From a virus (lineage: Duplodnaviria; Caudoviricetes): a stretch of DNA of 59,881 nucleotides. Position 1 is the first letter of the stretch. Every line of letters starts with the position of its first letter. The position numbers were made by a program, and so were the translations under genes. The stretch lies in IMG/VR virus record IMGVR_UViG_3300020020_000032, positions 1 through 59,881 of that record; one strand, written 5' to 3'. Under the pieces are notes generated by a model. The model was not told where the DNA came from. It searched no databases and was given only the letters and a program-made list of their open reading frames with translations. Shown here one piece after another: positions 48,638-59,319 of the stretch.

Positions 48638-49380
48638 TTATTTCCCACCGAACACCTTGGATATCTTTGCAGCCTGAATTTCGGCATGTTCAGTCGAGAG
48701 TTCCCTCTTTAGTTTTAGTGCCTGTCTTGCTATGCCCTGCATCAACACTCTCTCCATACCATCTTTCGTTCGCAGGAATCTCATAGCAGCTTGAAGACCG
48801 CCAAACAACGCGATTTCACCGGCTACTTCAAACTCTATGTCTCCTAGGCTAGTCCTAAAAAATCGTCATCCACCTGACGCGAGGTATTGCTCATCCACCT
48901 ACTGAGCATCATGTTGTGCTGCATGATGGCGATTTCATTATTTACGAAAACACCGAATACAACTTCCCTAGCTGTCTTAGCTTCGAAATTCAAGGCTGTA
49001 GCCAGTTGCTCGTTATAGCCCCAAATATGCTCACCTTCCAGAGTCATAGGCTTAGGCTCTCCGTCACCGTGGTCAACGTACATACCTTCACAACAAGTGA
49101 TGAAGGTGTCAACCGCCGCGAGAACCTGACGATCCCACTTGTTCTTCGTTTCCCTAGTAACCTTGTCTCCAAGCATATCCAACTCTTTACCTTCAACCAA
49201 GCGGTACTTGGCAAGGAGGATTGGAGGATCTTTGTCATACCCAGGAATGTGAATATACGTTTCCTTAGTAGCTAGGTCTGCTCGCTTTCGTTGGAGATTA
49301 TCGAGCAGACTTTCGTTCCGTTCATCTTGTACTGCGGTAATCTGCGTAACTGGAACCTCTGCTTCGTTTTCCTCACTCAT
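48638..49380 (-). CDS. tail assembly chaperone (178 aa, 48844-49380) with a -1 frameshift extension to 48638
   Basis: Slippery T TTT TTA at 48856-48862 just before the stop; the -1 frame stays open to TAA 48638. Confidence 0.8.
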
Positions 49381-49394
49381 GTTTTACCTCTCTC

Positions 49395-49841
49395 CTAAGC
49401 GATAGTTGGGAAACCATCGATTGTAACTTCGATTTCCACCTGTGCTGCTCCTGATGCGTTAGCATCGTGAGTAGGTGGCGTGACACGCTTGAGCTTGCCG
49501 TTGTAGACGAGAGGACTACCGAACACGTTACCATCAATGTCTAGCGAATGCTTGATAATCATGACCTTTGACTTACTAGCGCCAACAATCAGAGCATTCA
49601 AATGGGCGTGATCGCGTTCCAGTCTGTACAAGCGTCCTAGCGTGACGTTATCCGTAGTCTTACGACCGCCGAGAGAAACGGGATCTTCCATTCCTCCTGG
49701 GTAATACTTCGTGTCCTCAGAATCGATAGCACCACCATCCAGCTTATCCCACACACCGAAGTCTTCCATCTGATGCGTGAATGGATGCTCGACTTTGACG
49801 TTTACACGAAATGTATCTTCACGTGTTGGCCCGCCGGGCAA
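49395..49841 (-). CDS. tail tube protein
   Basis: 148 aa after the sheath; GG......KY.PGG.....LGG......VTL.R. Confidence 0.8.
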   Translation of the reverse strand: MPGGPTREDTFRVNVKVEHPFTHQMEDFGVWDKLDGGAIDSEDTKYYPGGMEDPVSLGGRKTTDNVTLGRLYRLERDHAHLNALIVGASKSKVMIIKHSLDIDGNVFGSPLVYNGKLKRVTPPTHDANASGAAQVEIEVTIDGFPTIA

Positions 49842-51287
49842 TTAGATCACCTCCAAAGCAAGCGGAGTCTTAACAATGTCGATGACAATGAACTCGGCGA
49901 ACGGAGACATTTTAACATTCAACACAGCATGTAGCTCGTTAAGTGCCAGAGTTTGCAGAGTATTGACCTGAGCACCCGTATCTACATTAAATGCATCGTC
50001 GGGGGTCGGGCCGTAAAGACCACCCTGCTGGTAATAACCTAGCAACATGCTTGTGAGCGCACCATTGAATTCACCAATGGTGTGTCCCTTACCATCGATA
50101 ACTCTGAAAACGAATGTTTCAGCAATTTGATCTGCATCAGATGCAATAGCCATGAACAGTCGGCTATTACCGAAGTTGATCCAGTTAGGATCTGTAACTG
50201 CGTTAACGAGTGAACGCCAACCGAATACCTCGATATTGGTATTCGCTCGTTTCATGATTACGTTGATGCCGTTGTCATTCAAATCCTGACGCTGAGCATC
50301 AGTGAATGCCACCTGAGACAATCCAACTGCCGTGTGCGAGATACCCTGATTGCCTGCGCTTGGTGCATTAGGACCATTCTCTAGCTCATTACCAGCAATC
50401 ATGCCAGCAATCAAAGCCGATGGAGGAATGGTTCTAATAGTTCCAGGCACAATACCCTGCACTTGTACCCAGGGTGCGAATGCCGCTCCATAACGCTGAT
50501 TGCCAACTCTTGCGTTGACCACCGACGTTTTCAGAGTAGCAACCACAGCCGTGTCAGTTAGATCAAGTAGAGCAACACGTCTATTAGCTTGTGCATGACT
50601 CAGTAGCGCGGTGTGTGCGATATCAGTAGTTCTGCCTGCGGCAGCTATCTGACCCGGCCCTAGTCCGATCCCAAACAGGACAAGTGCGTTGGTCCACTGT
50701 GTTTCTGTGATATTAGTACGATCATCTGTACCTGCTGAAAGCGCGGCAGGAGCGACAACAATCGGCTGTAGCAGGCTTGCTCCGATTGTGATACGAACAT
50801 AATCGCTGTTTAGCGACCAGTCTCTTGCGTCAGCCTGTGTGGTAAGATCGCCAGACTGTTCAAGAACATTAGTGCCATCAGTGATAACAATCTGATACGT
50901 ACCAGCTCCCGTACCAGCCACAACTCCAGCAAACAACTGTGTGTTGGAATATGCACCTGGACCGATAGCTGTAACAATTAGTGAGATAGCGGCTACGTTG
51001 TCATTCAAGTTCTTGAAGCCTGATGTTGGAGTAGGCCCAACAACTCTTGATACGTAGACACTCGACCCACCTTCACGGAAGAAGGTATCAACCCAATCCC
51101 ATAGGATACCGTAAGATACCCTTAGTCCGTAGTGACGCTCAAACTCAGAGACGCTCCTAATCTTGATTGCATGAGTAATAGGTCCCTTTTCCGAGATACC
51201 AGTAACAAACGCCGTAGTGGTATCTGTTGGAACACTTGCAGGAATAGGAGAATCCTTGAGTCTGATCTGCGTACCCGGTGCCGGCAT
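49842..51287 (-). CDS. contractile tail sheath protein
   Basis: KGP; PPSA.IAG; LN..GIN.I; WRSL; RLF; F..ID; SPFAEFI. Confidence 0.92.
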   Translation of the reverse strand: MPAPGTQIRLKDSPIPASVPTDTTTAFVTGISEKGPITHAIKIRSVSEFERHYGLRVSYGILWDWVDTFFREGGSSVYVSRVVGPTPTSGFKNLNDNVAAISLIVTAIGPGAYSNTQLFAGVVAGTGAGTYQIVITDGTNVLEQSGDLTTQADARDWSLNSDYVRITIGASLLQPIVVAPAALSAGTDDRTNITETQWTNALVLFGIGLGPGQIAAAGRTTDIAHTALLSHAQANRRVALLDLTDTAVVATLKTSVVNARVGNQRYGAAFAPWVQVQGIVPGTIRTIPPSALIAGMIAGNELENGPNAPSAGNQGISHTAVGLSQVAFTDAQRQDLNDNGINVIMKRANTNIEVFGWRSLVNAVTDPNWINFGNSRLFMAIASDADQIAETFVFRVIDGKGHTIGEFNGALTSMLLGYYQQGGLYGPTPDDAFNVDTGAQVNTLQTLALNELHAVLNVKMSPFAEFIVIDIVKTPLALEVI

Positions 51288-51290
51288 ATT

Positions 51291-51470
51291 CTAACCCTCC
51301 TTTCCTTCACTCTTGAGGCTCATCAAAACCCCTTCGTCGATCATTGACTGATTTTCCTTCACTTCATCGGGTGATAGCTTAACAGTCTCTCCTGGCTCAA
51401 CAGGACGCCCATTTTCAAGAGTATGAGCATTGAGACCAATGTACTTGTAGTCGGCTTTAGTCGCCGCCAC
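51291..51470 (-). CDS. 59-aa hypothetical protein (not in the ORF track)
   Basis: GAGGTG RBS; GTG start; L.NGRPVEPGE.V. Confidence 0.6.
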   Translation of the reverse strand: MAATKADYKYIGLNAHTLENGRPVEPGETVKLSPDEVKENQSMIDEGVLMSLKSEGKEG

Positions 51471-52025
51471 TTAAAATTCACCTCCCTCTCGGGTAACTCC
51501 TGTGAATCGTCCTCTTGGGCCTCTCATCAAAGTACCTCCGCCAAACGCGGGAATACTTGTTCTTTCAAATGGAGCCATGATGTACTCTTTGATGATATTT
51601 CTTATAGCGATTCTATTCTGAGGAGTGACAACCAGGAATGGTCTAGCAGGAATGTTTCCCGGTGCATAGCCCTTTTGCATCGTTTCAGCGTATTCTAGTG
51701 CTGAGCCAAATACCAACGAGCTTTGATTGATTTTGAGAATTTGTCCTGCTGCACCTGGACGTGTAACAGACCTCATCAAAGTGGAGCCCGTTCTTTTCAT
51801 TCTAAGAATACGTGGATCGTGTCCTGCTGCGCTCTTACGTGTAGCCCACTTAGCTGTCAATGGTGCCCAACCAGGACCTTGCTCCACGAATCGCTTTTCT
51901 GTTTGAGTCATGAGATAACCAGCGACAACTCGCATGGCTGGTTTGGTTAGATTGACTCGACTACTCATTACGTCGAGCTTTTCTATGAAAACCTGATCGC
52001 CGAATATCTCAATATCAAATATCAT
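51471..52025 (-). CDS. virion morphogenesis / tail completion protein (Mu gpG-like)
   Basis: RF..QG..WAPL; IL...G.L.RS; IPARPFL. Confidence 0.8.
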   Translation of the reverse strand: MIFDIEIFGDQVFIEKLDVMSSRVNLTKPAMRVVAGYLMTQTEKRFVEQGPGWAPLTAKWATRKSAAGHDPRILRMKRTGSTLMRSVTRPGAAGQILKINQSSLVFGSALEYAETMQKGYAPGNIPARPFLVVTPQNRIAIRNIIKEYIMAPFERTSIPAFGGGTLMRGPRGRFTGVTREGGEF

Positions 52026-52641
52026 CAGTTATTGGTATTTTCTCGATATCAGTGTCTACCGTTTCAGCCAGACTATCTATCTGTGCTAGCTCATCAGGTA
52101 CAATCGGTCCAGCCCATCTGCTAACAACGTCTTCGACATAGATAGCGAATAGAACTGCTGCACCTTTGTACAATTGGATTCTGTCTGGAATTTGTAGATC
52201 ATCGTAGGACTCGTCTAACCAAAAAACACCTACTGCATCGCTTTCCAGACTTTGGTGTTGAACCATGATTGCACGAACAGCAGCACCGTATATCTTGACC
52301 ATCTCATCGGCTTCTTCTTCTGTCTTTGCTGCTGTAGCAATTCCAACTGCCATTTGCCATGCAGCATTGTAAGCACCGTCTTGACCCTGTGGATGAGTTG
52401 GAACTTCAAACAAGCCGGGACTAATGACAACTGCCTTAGGCATTGCTTCGCCTGGTTCGATATCAAAAGTCGTTCTATGAGCGTAGCTTGCGGGAGCAGG
52501 TAGTGGTTCACCTTCCCATCCACGTTGTCGTTCGATTTCACGTAAGTAAGTGGGAAACCATTTAATCAGTAAATCTTCCACAGCATCTTCCAGATCAGAT
52601 GCAACTAGAATTTTATTGAAAACGGTTTCAGGTAACGTCAT
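52015..52641 (-). CDS. tail terminator-like protein
   Basis: Position and size. Confidence 0.55.
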   Translation of the reverse strand: MTLPETVFNKILVASDLEDAVEDLLIKWFPTYLREIERQRGWEGEPLPAPASYAHRTTFDIEPGEAMPKAVVISPGLFEVPTHPQGQDGAYNAAWQMAVGIATAAKTEEEADEMVKIYGAAVRAIMVQHQSLESDAVGVFWLDESYDDLQIPDRIQLYKGAAVLFAIYVEDVVSRWAGPIVPDELAQIDSLAETVDTDIEKIPITDDI

Positions 52642-53096
52642 AGTTCCATACCCATTGTGAATGCCCTGTCAGTGTCATCGACAGGGAACCCATCGGTCAA
52701 CTCGAGTGATGCTGTTTCGACTTCCACTTCTGGACCGAGTAGAATTGTACCCTCTAGGATACCATTCAGTATAGCCATTGCTTCATCATACCTCAACTGA
52801 GCGAAGTTTCTAACGTCGATTGTAAGGGAAGTTCTAGCAGCATAGTTAAAGTACAACTGTGCTGCTATGAACTTAGCTGCGATTACCCTGATTATCTCAG
52901 GTGTATCATCGGGTGTATCCCAACTCATCAACGTAACGGAATCTACCGCCGAGGACAAATAACCCCTAACCACGCGAGCAATACTAACCTGAATCAGATT
53001 GGTATTCTCTTCGTTCGCTTCAATTACAGGTAGGGGCGCTTCATCCTGCGACGGTAGTTCCGCGTTGATATCGTCAATTGAGGCTAGAATTTCCAC
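52638..53096 (-). CDS. head-tail adaptor (Mu gp36-like)
   Basis: TP.II..IAA...A; Y.EAM..L..I..G; F.M. Confidence 0.7.
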   Translation of the reverse strand: MEILASIDDINAELPSQDEAPLPVIEANEENTNLIQVSIARVVRGYLSSAVDSVTLMSWDTPDDTPEIIRVIAAKFIAAQLYFNYAARTSLTIDVRNFAQLRYDEAMAILNGILEGTILLGPEVEVETASLELTDGFPVDDTDRAFTMGMEL

Positions 53097-53449
53097 TACT
53101 TATCTTCTGTCTCCGCTTCAACTGCTGCTGCACTTGCAACAAGTGCAGGCTCAGCTAGACGTCCTTGACTTTCCTTGAAAGCCATAAGAGCCTTCATTTC
53201 CTTAGGAGTCATTTCAGCTCTTTCAGACGCTGCTGCTCTAAAATACTCAGCAGGAGACTGTCCAGGCTCAACAGGAGGATACTCAAGATCCCTAACTGCA
53301 CCTGCCTCGATCATGGAATCGAACTCATCCTTCTCAACCTTGAGCTTCTCAGCAGTAACTTCCTCACCAGGCTGAATTGTCTTACTAGCCTTGTTGTATT
53401 CATCAACACCAACCCGGATTGTACTCCAGGCATACATCTTATCCGCCAT
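53096..53449 (-). CDS. hypothetical protein after the capsid gene
   Basis: GGAGG RBS; PGE.V...L......I..GAV. Confidence 0.65.
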   Translation of the reverse strand: MADKMYAWSTIRVGVDEYNKASKTIQPGEEVTAEKLKVEKDEFDSMIEAGAVRDLEYPPVEPGQSPAEYFRAAASERAEMTPKEMKALMAFKESQGRLAEPALVASAAAVEAETEDK

Positions 53450-53474
53450 TTTAGATTAACCTCCCTCCTTAGGT

Positions 53475-54482
53475 TTAGAAGGCACCTGCACCAAACGCAG
53501 TTGTGATGAGGTAGCCAGCGCCAGCAGCAACAAGCTTGGTGTCCCACTTATAGGACACACGTACTAGGTCTGCCTTACGAGCTTCCTCACGCCACCTATC
53601 CGTAGGTCGAACTGTACCATCAGGATAGATCTGAGCAAACGTCTTACCAAAGGTAAACGTTTTCTGACCAGGAACAGGATCAACGATACCGATCCAAACG
53701 TCCTTACCCCAAAACGATGAGATAACAACAGTTGAATCAATGTTGTTGGCCGAGTTGTAGACGCTATCAACAGGAAGGATCGTGCCTTCGAATCCAGTGA
53801 GAATCTTGAATGCACCATCAATCGTAAGAGCAAAGTTCTTGAAACGATCAACGACACGCGGATGATTCTCGATATACTGGATTCCGAGAGCAGGAATAAC
53901 CATCGTGTTTGGATAGCGACCCGTAGCTGCATAGACAGCCCGCATAGCAGTTTGAATGTTAGCGACAGGGTTGCTTGTTGAGCTTACACCGTTCGTGTAA
54001 TCATCCCACTGCTGTGCACCTGCTAGAGTCACTTTGTTACCAGCAGCATAGTTAGCAGCGTTACGGATCAACGTGCTAACTGCTAGTTCACGATCAAGAA
54101 GCAACGACCTTGTAACTAGCTCGGTAGCATCAACTTCTGGATTGATCTGCAAAGCACCACCAAATACCGCATTTGCAAGACCACCCTGTGAAGTAAGCTG
54201 CTGCCTTTCCTCGTCCAAGATGGGAGCCTGTAGAGAACGCTCCCTAGTCTGGAATGTATCTTCCGACCACTTGCCTCCAAGAATCTCGTTAGCAACTGCA
54301 CCTGGCTCACGTGCTGATTCAAAGATCAGCCAATTACTTCTATCAAACACTCTGTACCTACCAGACTGTGTATTGACAGGAGTTTCTGGCATGATTCTAT
54401 CAGCATAAAGAGCCTGATCCTGATAACCAACTGAGAAGTTGGTTAGAATAGGATCACTGTATAGAGTACCAGGATCGTACAT
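53475..54482 (-). CDS. major capsid protein
   Basis: DPILTN.S.GY...AD.I.P..PV; PNTMV; 335 aa; strong GAGGAGGTGA RBS. Confidence 0.9.
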   Translation of the reverse strand: MYDPGTLYSDPILTNFSVGYQDQALYADRIMPETPVNTQSGRYRVFDRSNWLIFESAREPGAVANEILGGKWSEDTFQTRERSLQAPILDEERQQLTSQGGLANAVFGGALQINPEVDATELVTRSLLLDRELAVSTLIRNAANYAAGNKVTLAGAQQWDDYTNGVSSTSNPVANIQTAMRAVYAATGRYPNTMVIPALGIQYIENHPRVVDRFKNFALTIDGAFKILTGFEGTILPVDSVYNSANNIDSTVVISSFWGKDVWIGIVDPVPGQKTFTFGKTFAQIYPDGTVRPTDRWREEARKADLVRVSYKWDTKLVAAGAGYLITTAFGAGAF

Positions 54483-54506
54483 TTAAGTTATTTCACCTCC
54501 TCAATA

Positions 54507-54914
54507 TTAGAACGTGGCACCAACAGGAGTACCGGCCATATCAATCTCAAGAGCGATACGATCACCGGCATTAACAGCAGGAGCACCTACGCACCTACCA
54601 ACAACACGAGCACCGGATGAAGCAGTAGCTGTACGAACACGACCATCAGCAATTAGCTCGCAAAGAGCACCAATAGCAATGGCAGCGGATGCTTCTGCCT
54701 CTGTAATACCCATCTGACGACAAGTAACTCCCTTACCCTTAAGAATCTCACCAGCAGAAACAGGCCACTGAGCAAAACCAGCGATCTGATCTGTAATTGC
54801 GGTGACAGGAGTAACAGTTTCGGGCGCTGAGAACTTAACTGCTCGGAACTTAGTAATTGCAGCAGCAGCTCTGTAACCCTTATCTACGACAAAGTTACCA
54901 GTAGCACTCGGCAT
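54507..54914 (-). CDS. capsid decoration/cement protein (DUF2190-like)
   Basis: AAAAI..FRAV; G....EA.AAI..G....ADGR; A..AGD.I. Confidence 0.8.
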   Translation of the reverse strand: MPSATGNFVVDKGYRAAAAITKFRAVKFSAPETVTPVTAITDQIAGFAQWPVSAGEILKGKGVTCRQMGITEAEASAAIAIGALCELIADGRVRTATASSGARVVGRCVGAPAVNAGDRIALEIDMAGTPVGATF

Positions 54915-54932
54915 TTAATTGATACCTCCTCT

Positions 54933-56315
54933 CTACGCCGGTAGAGCAACCCTGGAAGCCTCAAACAAGTCAGGGTGCTTCTTAGCTGTTTCCTCAAGGA
55001 CCTTCCTGGTATCCCACTCAGGATTTTCCTTGGCTGTCCTGTCCATAACCTCAGCAAACAACTTCTTAGCACCTGCTACACCAGTAGCGGTAGAAGCGTC
55101 AACCTCAGGAATGTCATCCTCGTTACCACTGGAACCGATTTCACCGAACTGATAGATACCACCGTTCATAATGGACTTGAGACAATCCTCAAAATCCTCC
55201 ACGGTAACAGTACCCTCAGAGAACTTCTTATGAACGTCCTGCACCTTCTCAAGCGCCTGTGGGCTAAGACCCTGATTCAGGGTCTTGAGTCCATTACCCT
55301 CTGCCTTGCGAAGTGTCTTAACACTTTCACTAAAGCTAATAGCAGAGTTATCACGATCACGAGCCATCAACTTGTTATGCTCAGCCCAATACTCAGGATA
55401 CTGCTCAGCAAACTTCTTCTCCTGCTCAGTCCTATCCTGGCTCTTGCGAAGTGTCTCAAGCTCACCGAACATAAGCCTGACCTTCTCTACAACTTCATCG
55501 GGCTTAACGTCCTCAACGTCCTTATCAATGTCAAGAACCTTGAAAAGCTCACGAGTTGGCTTCTCAGCAAACGCAAATTCCATACCCACTTTAATACCTC
55601 CTTCCCTGCTTTGACTGTAACTGCCTGGAACATCTTGATCTGGTGGTGTTGATCTTCGCCAACCTCCTTCGAGTGATGGATCATCCGAACCATCTTCGTC
55701 TGTTCTTGGCTGTGGAGGACTACCTGTTCCTGGTTCAGAATGTTCCCATTCTTTCTGCTCTCCAATTACACGGAGTCCTGCCATTACTGAGAAACGCTTC
55801 TTATCTTCCTCGTCTAGTTCATCCCACATGGACTCGCTGAAATTGATAGGCATGGTCTTTTTAGCGATAGGACGGTTAGTAAGACCACCACCAACAACAA
55901 CGTCTTGATGCTTGGCACCATTGTTGTCTTCCCACTCATCCAACCAGTCTAGGGAGAAGTATTTCCACTGTTTGTCTTTTACTTCCTTCTTAGCTTCCTC
56001 AGTAAATTCAACGCGAGTAAACAAGGCCGGTGTTTCAGGATCATCAGAGCTTGGCCTAATGGCAAACTCCTTGTACCAACCAGCAGCTTTCTTACCCTTA
56101 GCACTATCGAACCCATGCTCGTAATCAATGGCAATTTCCTGACCACGAACATTTTCGTTGAAATTCCTAATCATTCGATCTAGTTTCTCGATAGTGATAG
56201 GAACTTCACCATAAACAGGTGTTTTATAGGTCCGAGCAGGCAAAGCTTCCAACCAAATCGGGCCTTCTTCGTCCAACCCCCGCACAGGGGCCTCACTGAT
56301 CGCTGATTCAAGCAA
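54933..56315 (-). CDS. Mu-like prohead protease / scaffold
   Basis: IDYEH; AAGW; W.YFS; GGLTNRP; acidic C-terminal scaffold. Confidence 0.88.
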   Translation of the reverse strand: MLESAISEAPVRGLDEEGPIWLEALPARTYKTPVYGEVPITIEKLDRMIRNFNENVRGQEIAIDYEHGFDSAKGKKAAGWYKEFAIRPSSDDPETPALFTRVEFTEEAKKEVKDKQWKYFSLDWLDEWEDNNGAKHQDVVVGGGLTNRPIAKKTMPINFSESMWDELDEEDKKRFSVMAGLRVIGEQKEWEHSEPGTGSPPQPRTDEDGSDDPSLEGGWRRSTPPDQDVPGSYSQSREGGIKVGMEFAFAEKPTRELFKVLDIDKDVEDVKPDEVVEKVRLMFGELETLRKSQDRTEQEKKFAEQYPEYWAEHNKLMARDRDNSAISFSESVKTLRKAEGNGLKTLNQGLSPQALEKVQDVHKKFSEGTVTVEDFEDCLKSIMNGGIYQFGEIGSSGNEDDIPEVDASTATGVAGAKKLFAEVMDRTAKENPEWDTRKVLEETAKKHPDLFEASRVALPA

Positions 56316-56335
56316 CTTTTAGATACACCTCCTCC

Positions 56336-56536
56336 CTAAGTTGCACTTATCTTGATGATACGTTTCTTTGCCTTGAGGAAATCATCTATCATCCAACATC
56401 TAATGTCATTGTCAGAGCAAGTTTCTATTATAATGAAATCATTCGTGATTTCTACGATGTAATACAGAGTCTTACCTGTAACAAAGTAGACTCCAGCTTT
56501 GAGATCAGGTTGCCGCCCCGTCTGGCTTACCGACAT
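56336..56536 (-). CDS. small hypothetical protein
   Basis: Fills the portal-protease gap; likely start MSVSQ. Confidence 0.5.
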   Translation of the reverse strand: MSVSQTGRQPDLKAGVYFVTGKTLYYIVEITNDFIIIETCSDNDIRCWMIDDFLKAKKRIIKISAT

Positions 56537-57914
56537 AGCCTGTTCCCTTCTCCAACTTAACGTTACCCTTTCCATTTGAGGTGCTTACTACATTATCGGG
56601 TTGAGGTTTGCCTTGTGGTTTAGTAGTATCACGCTTCGGCATATCAAATATCTGACGAAGCCACGCTTCCGTGGGTTCATCCTGAGTGATTGCGTCCTGT
56701 GCGAACAGATTGGCAATCGCAGCGGCCAGCATTTGCAAATCTCTAGTCTCACCAATGTTACGTACTTGTAGCTTGGGAAAGTTCCTGGTAGGATAGTTCC
56801 AAACCACCAACTCAGGAATGACGTACATGTTGATTTGATCTGCGATGTAGTTGGCCACAAACCGTAGAGACTTCATAAACAGATCGGATTGCGTACCTGC
56901 TGTAGCTCTACCACCACCGCTTTCAATACCCAGGCCGATGAACTGTACTAGAACGTTCATCAAGATCATCGAATTATGGTGTGAGGCTGACGCTAGAGCA
57001 TCAGGAAGTTGTCCTGAATTGCTGAGTTCAGCGAAGCCAACCTCAACCGCTGGTGTTTCAATGATGAACGATTCTTCGTTCGTTCTAAGGTTACGCAAGA
57101 GCGTATGGAGAATTGTGCGGTCTTGTTGAGTCCACCCAGGGAGTAGCTTACCTTTTGGTACGCCGATAGAATGTCGTTCTTTCTGAATGCTGTCGATCTT
57201 GTAAAAGTGAGTTTTGTAGTACCAATGTGGATATGCGGTCCGCAGGAGAGACTTGCCAGTTAGATCACCACCCTCGCGATTGAAGGTAAAGATGATGCAT
57301 CTTGCAATCTCGAGGTCAATCTCTTCAACTTTACCACCTGTGCGAATCGCATTATGCACGATTTTCTCAGGCCCACCATTATCATCGTACACAATCTCTT
57401 TGATCGTACCCGTAGGACGTGGAGCCAACTTTTTGAGCATGACGAACTGTTTGGTGTTTGCTGCGCTCTTTGTGCGCCGAGGTGCCCACTCTCGCGTCTC
57501 GTAAACTTTTTCAACTACGGTGTAACCCTTTTCATACAGATGCAGGATATCTTCGAGTGAGTTGAGGAATGGTGCGGACATACCCTCCATCAAGTTAGCT
57601 GAAATGAATTCAGCAACCTCCACGTCTAGTGGATCTTCACTAAATGGGTCAACGAAAAACTCAGCGCCAAGGATGGGAGTCTTGGCTGCTCGCATTGATA
57701 CATCAACTGATGCATCCTTCATCATCTTCCCGTAAGTCTGTTGTGCGATGAATGGTGAGATTAGTTCGGGTACAACCTCACGAATTACCGTAGGCTGTGA
57801 GCTACCAACTTCATTGTCAACTTGCGGCTTAGGAATATCAGTCAAACCTTTGGCCGTATAGCTGGTACCCTGAACAATCTTACGTGGATTGAGGGTTTTA
57901 AGTCTAGAAGCCAC
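56505..57914 (-). CDS. portal protein (DUF935 / Mu gp29-like)
   Basis: G.SLLR.AY..WY.K; ER..IGVP; GGRA; N...IP.LV..N. Confidence 0.88.
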   Translation of the reverse strand: MASRLKTLNPRKIVQGTSYTAKGLTDIPKPQVDNEVGSSQPTVIREVVPELISPFIAQQTYGKMMKDASVDVSMRAAKTPILGAEFFVDPFSEDPLDVEVAEFISANLMEGMSAPFLNSLEDILHLYEKGYTVVEKVYETREWAPRRTKSAANTKQFVMLKKLAPRPTGTIKEIVYDDNGGPEKIVHNAIRTGGKVEEIDLEIARCIIFTFNREGGDLTGKSLLRTAYPHWYYKTHFYKIDSIQKERHSIGVPKGKLLPGWTQQDRTILHTLLRNLRTNEESFIIETPAVEVGFAELSNSGQLPDALASASHHNSMILMNVLVQFIGLGIESGGGRATAGTQSDLFMKSLRFVANYIADQINMYVIPELVVWNYPTRNFPKLQVRNIGETRDLQMLAAAIANLFAQDAITQDEPTEAWLRQIFDMPKRDTTKPQGKPQPDNVVSTSNGKGNVKLEKGTGYVGKPDGAAT

Positions 57915-59319
57915 GATTGAGTGACAACTCCTGATCCAGAATGTTGGGTCTAGAACCTATCAAGCTAGTGAGCATATCTGCACTCTCACTGCCAGCGTAG
58001 TTCTCTCCGTAGATATCAGCAAGGTGGGTACCAGCACCCATAACGAAGTGAGGACCAACGAAGTAACGTAGTGCATCACAACAGTGGTCGTCCACTTTAT
58101 GCTGAATATTACCGTCGCCACCTTGTTCTTGCAAGTCTTGTTGAGTGTTGCGGCCTAGTGGCTTAACATGCAACTGAGGCATTTCCCGAGTTAGGTTGGT
58201 ACATGATGGATCAACGACCAAACGCTTTTGCTTCAAAAGGCGCTTGATTTCCTCTTTGCCTAGTTTCCAGGGCACGTCCATGAAACCAACGTAACCCAGG
58301 ATCACGGCAAGAGTAGCTGCCTCATCTGCGCCACGTGGGTCACCCCACATAGCTGTCACATTGTATCCCCGTGGGTTATCCCTGTCGCGCAATTCGATAC
58401 CGTGTTGCATTGTGGACTGATACTTCCCGTAGTATTCTCTCCACACGTAAACGGTATCATTGGGGGCTACCTGTATGTCGAGGGCGACGAATGGATTAAT
58501 GAAACCATAGTCAAAAGCCAAATAGTTAGGCAAATTCGGATTGTAGGCGCAGGGCTGAACATGAATGGCATCATTCCACTCCTCGTATATAGCGCCGCTT
58601 ATAGCTGTGAATGATGCACCGTATTCCTGGTCGAACCAAACTTTGCTTACCAGAGCGCGAATACGCTGGATTTCTTCATTCTCGAAACCACCAGGATAAC
58701 GTAGCGTATTAGTCCAAGTAGGCTGTGACCAACTTCTGTAATCTTTGTGGTGTCCCTGCCCTAATACGTGTAGTGCATGGTACCAATTGAAACCCTTGGG
58801 AGTGGATGGAAAATCGGCACTACCCAACAAGTCAGAAAGAGCTGGCTCGATGTACTGCTCCCACGTACTTCTAGAGTGTTGAGCGGCCTCTGACATAACA
58901 GCATGTGATAGACCCTCCCCTAGCAGAGATGATTGCTTTTCTGCGGATACCACCTCAAGGACGGACTTCCAGGGAGTGCGGATTTCCATCTGACCCTGTT
59001 TAACGTTAAAAGACTTCTTACAGTGACGCAAGAGGCCCAACTTCTCAAAGTCATTCCAAACCACCCTAAACTCTTTTTCACCGAGTTTGTATGTAGGACC
59101 CACAATCCAATTGTAGGATTCTGGGATGAACATCTTGTAGGTGGTTCTATGACCTGTGGGCTGAGTTTTACCCCAACGTCGTCCACAACAGGGAACGTTG
59201 AAACGAGTGTTACTATACGTGTATTCTGACTGAGCCTCGGAATGGGGCTTAAACCCCAACTTCTCGTTGAGCGTCTTTTGATCGATACCTGGTTCAGCCT
59301 GTGGTTTTGCTTGGGCTAT
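57904..59319 (-). CDS. terL: terminase large subunit (start uncertain: TTG 59259 or ATA 59319)
   Basis: CGRRWGKT; STPKG.NW; F.QEYGA.F; FDYG; DDHCCDALRY. Confidence 0.92.
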   Translation of the reverse strand: MAQAKPQAEPGIDQKTLNEKLGFKPHSEAQSEYTYSNTRFNVPCCGRRWGKTQPTGHRTTYKMFIPESYNWIVGPTYKLGEKEFRVVWNDFEKLGLLRHCKKSFNVKQGQMEIRTPWKSVLEVVSAEKQSSLLGEGLSHAVMSEAAQHSRSTWEQYIEPALSDLLGSADFPSTPKGFNWYHALHVLGQGHHKDYRSWSQPTWTNTLRYPGGFENEEIQRIRALVSKVWFDQEYGASFTAISGAIYEEWNDAIHVQPCAYNPNLPNYLAFDYGFINPFVALDIQVAPNDTVYVWREYYGKYQSTMQHGIELRDRDNPRGYNVTAMWGDPRGADEAATLAVILGYVGFMDVPWKLGKEEIKRLLKQKRLVVDPSCTNLTREMPQLHVKPLGRNTQQDLQEQGGDGNIQHKVDDHCCDALRYFVGPHFVMGAGTHLADIYGENYAGSESADMLTSLIGSRPNILDQELSLNRGF

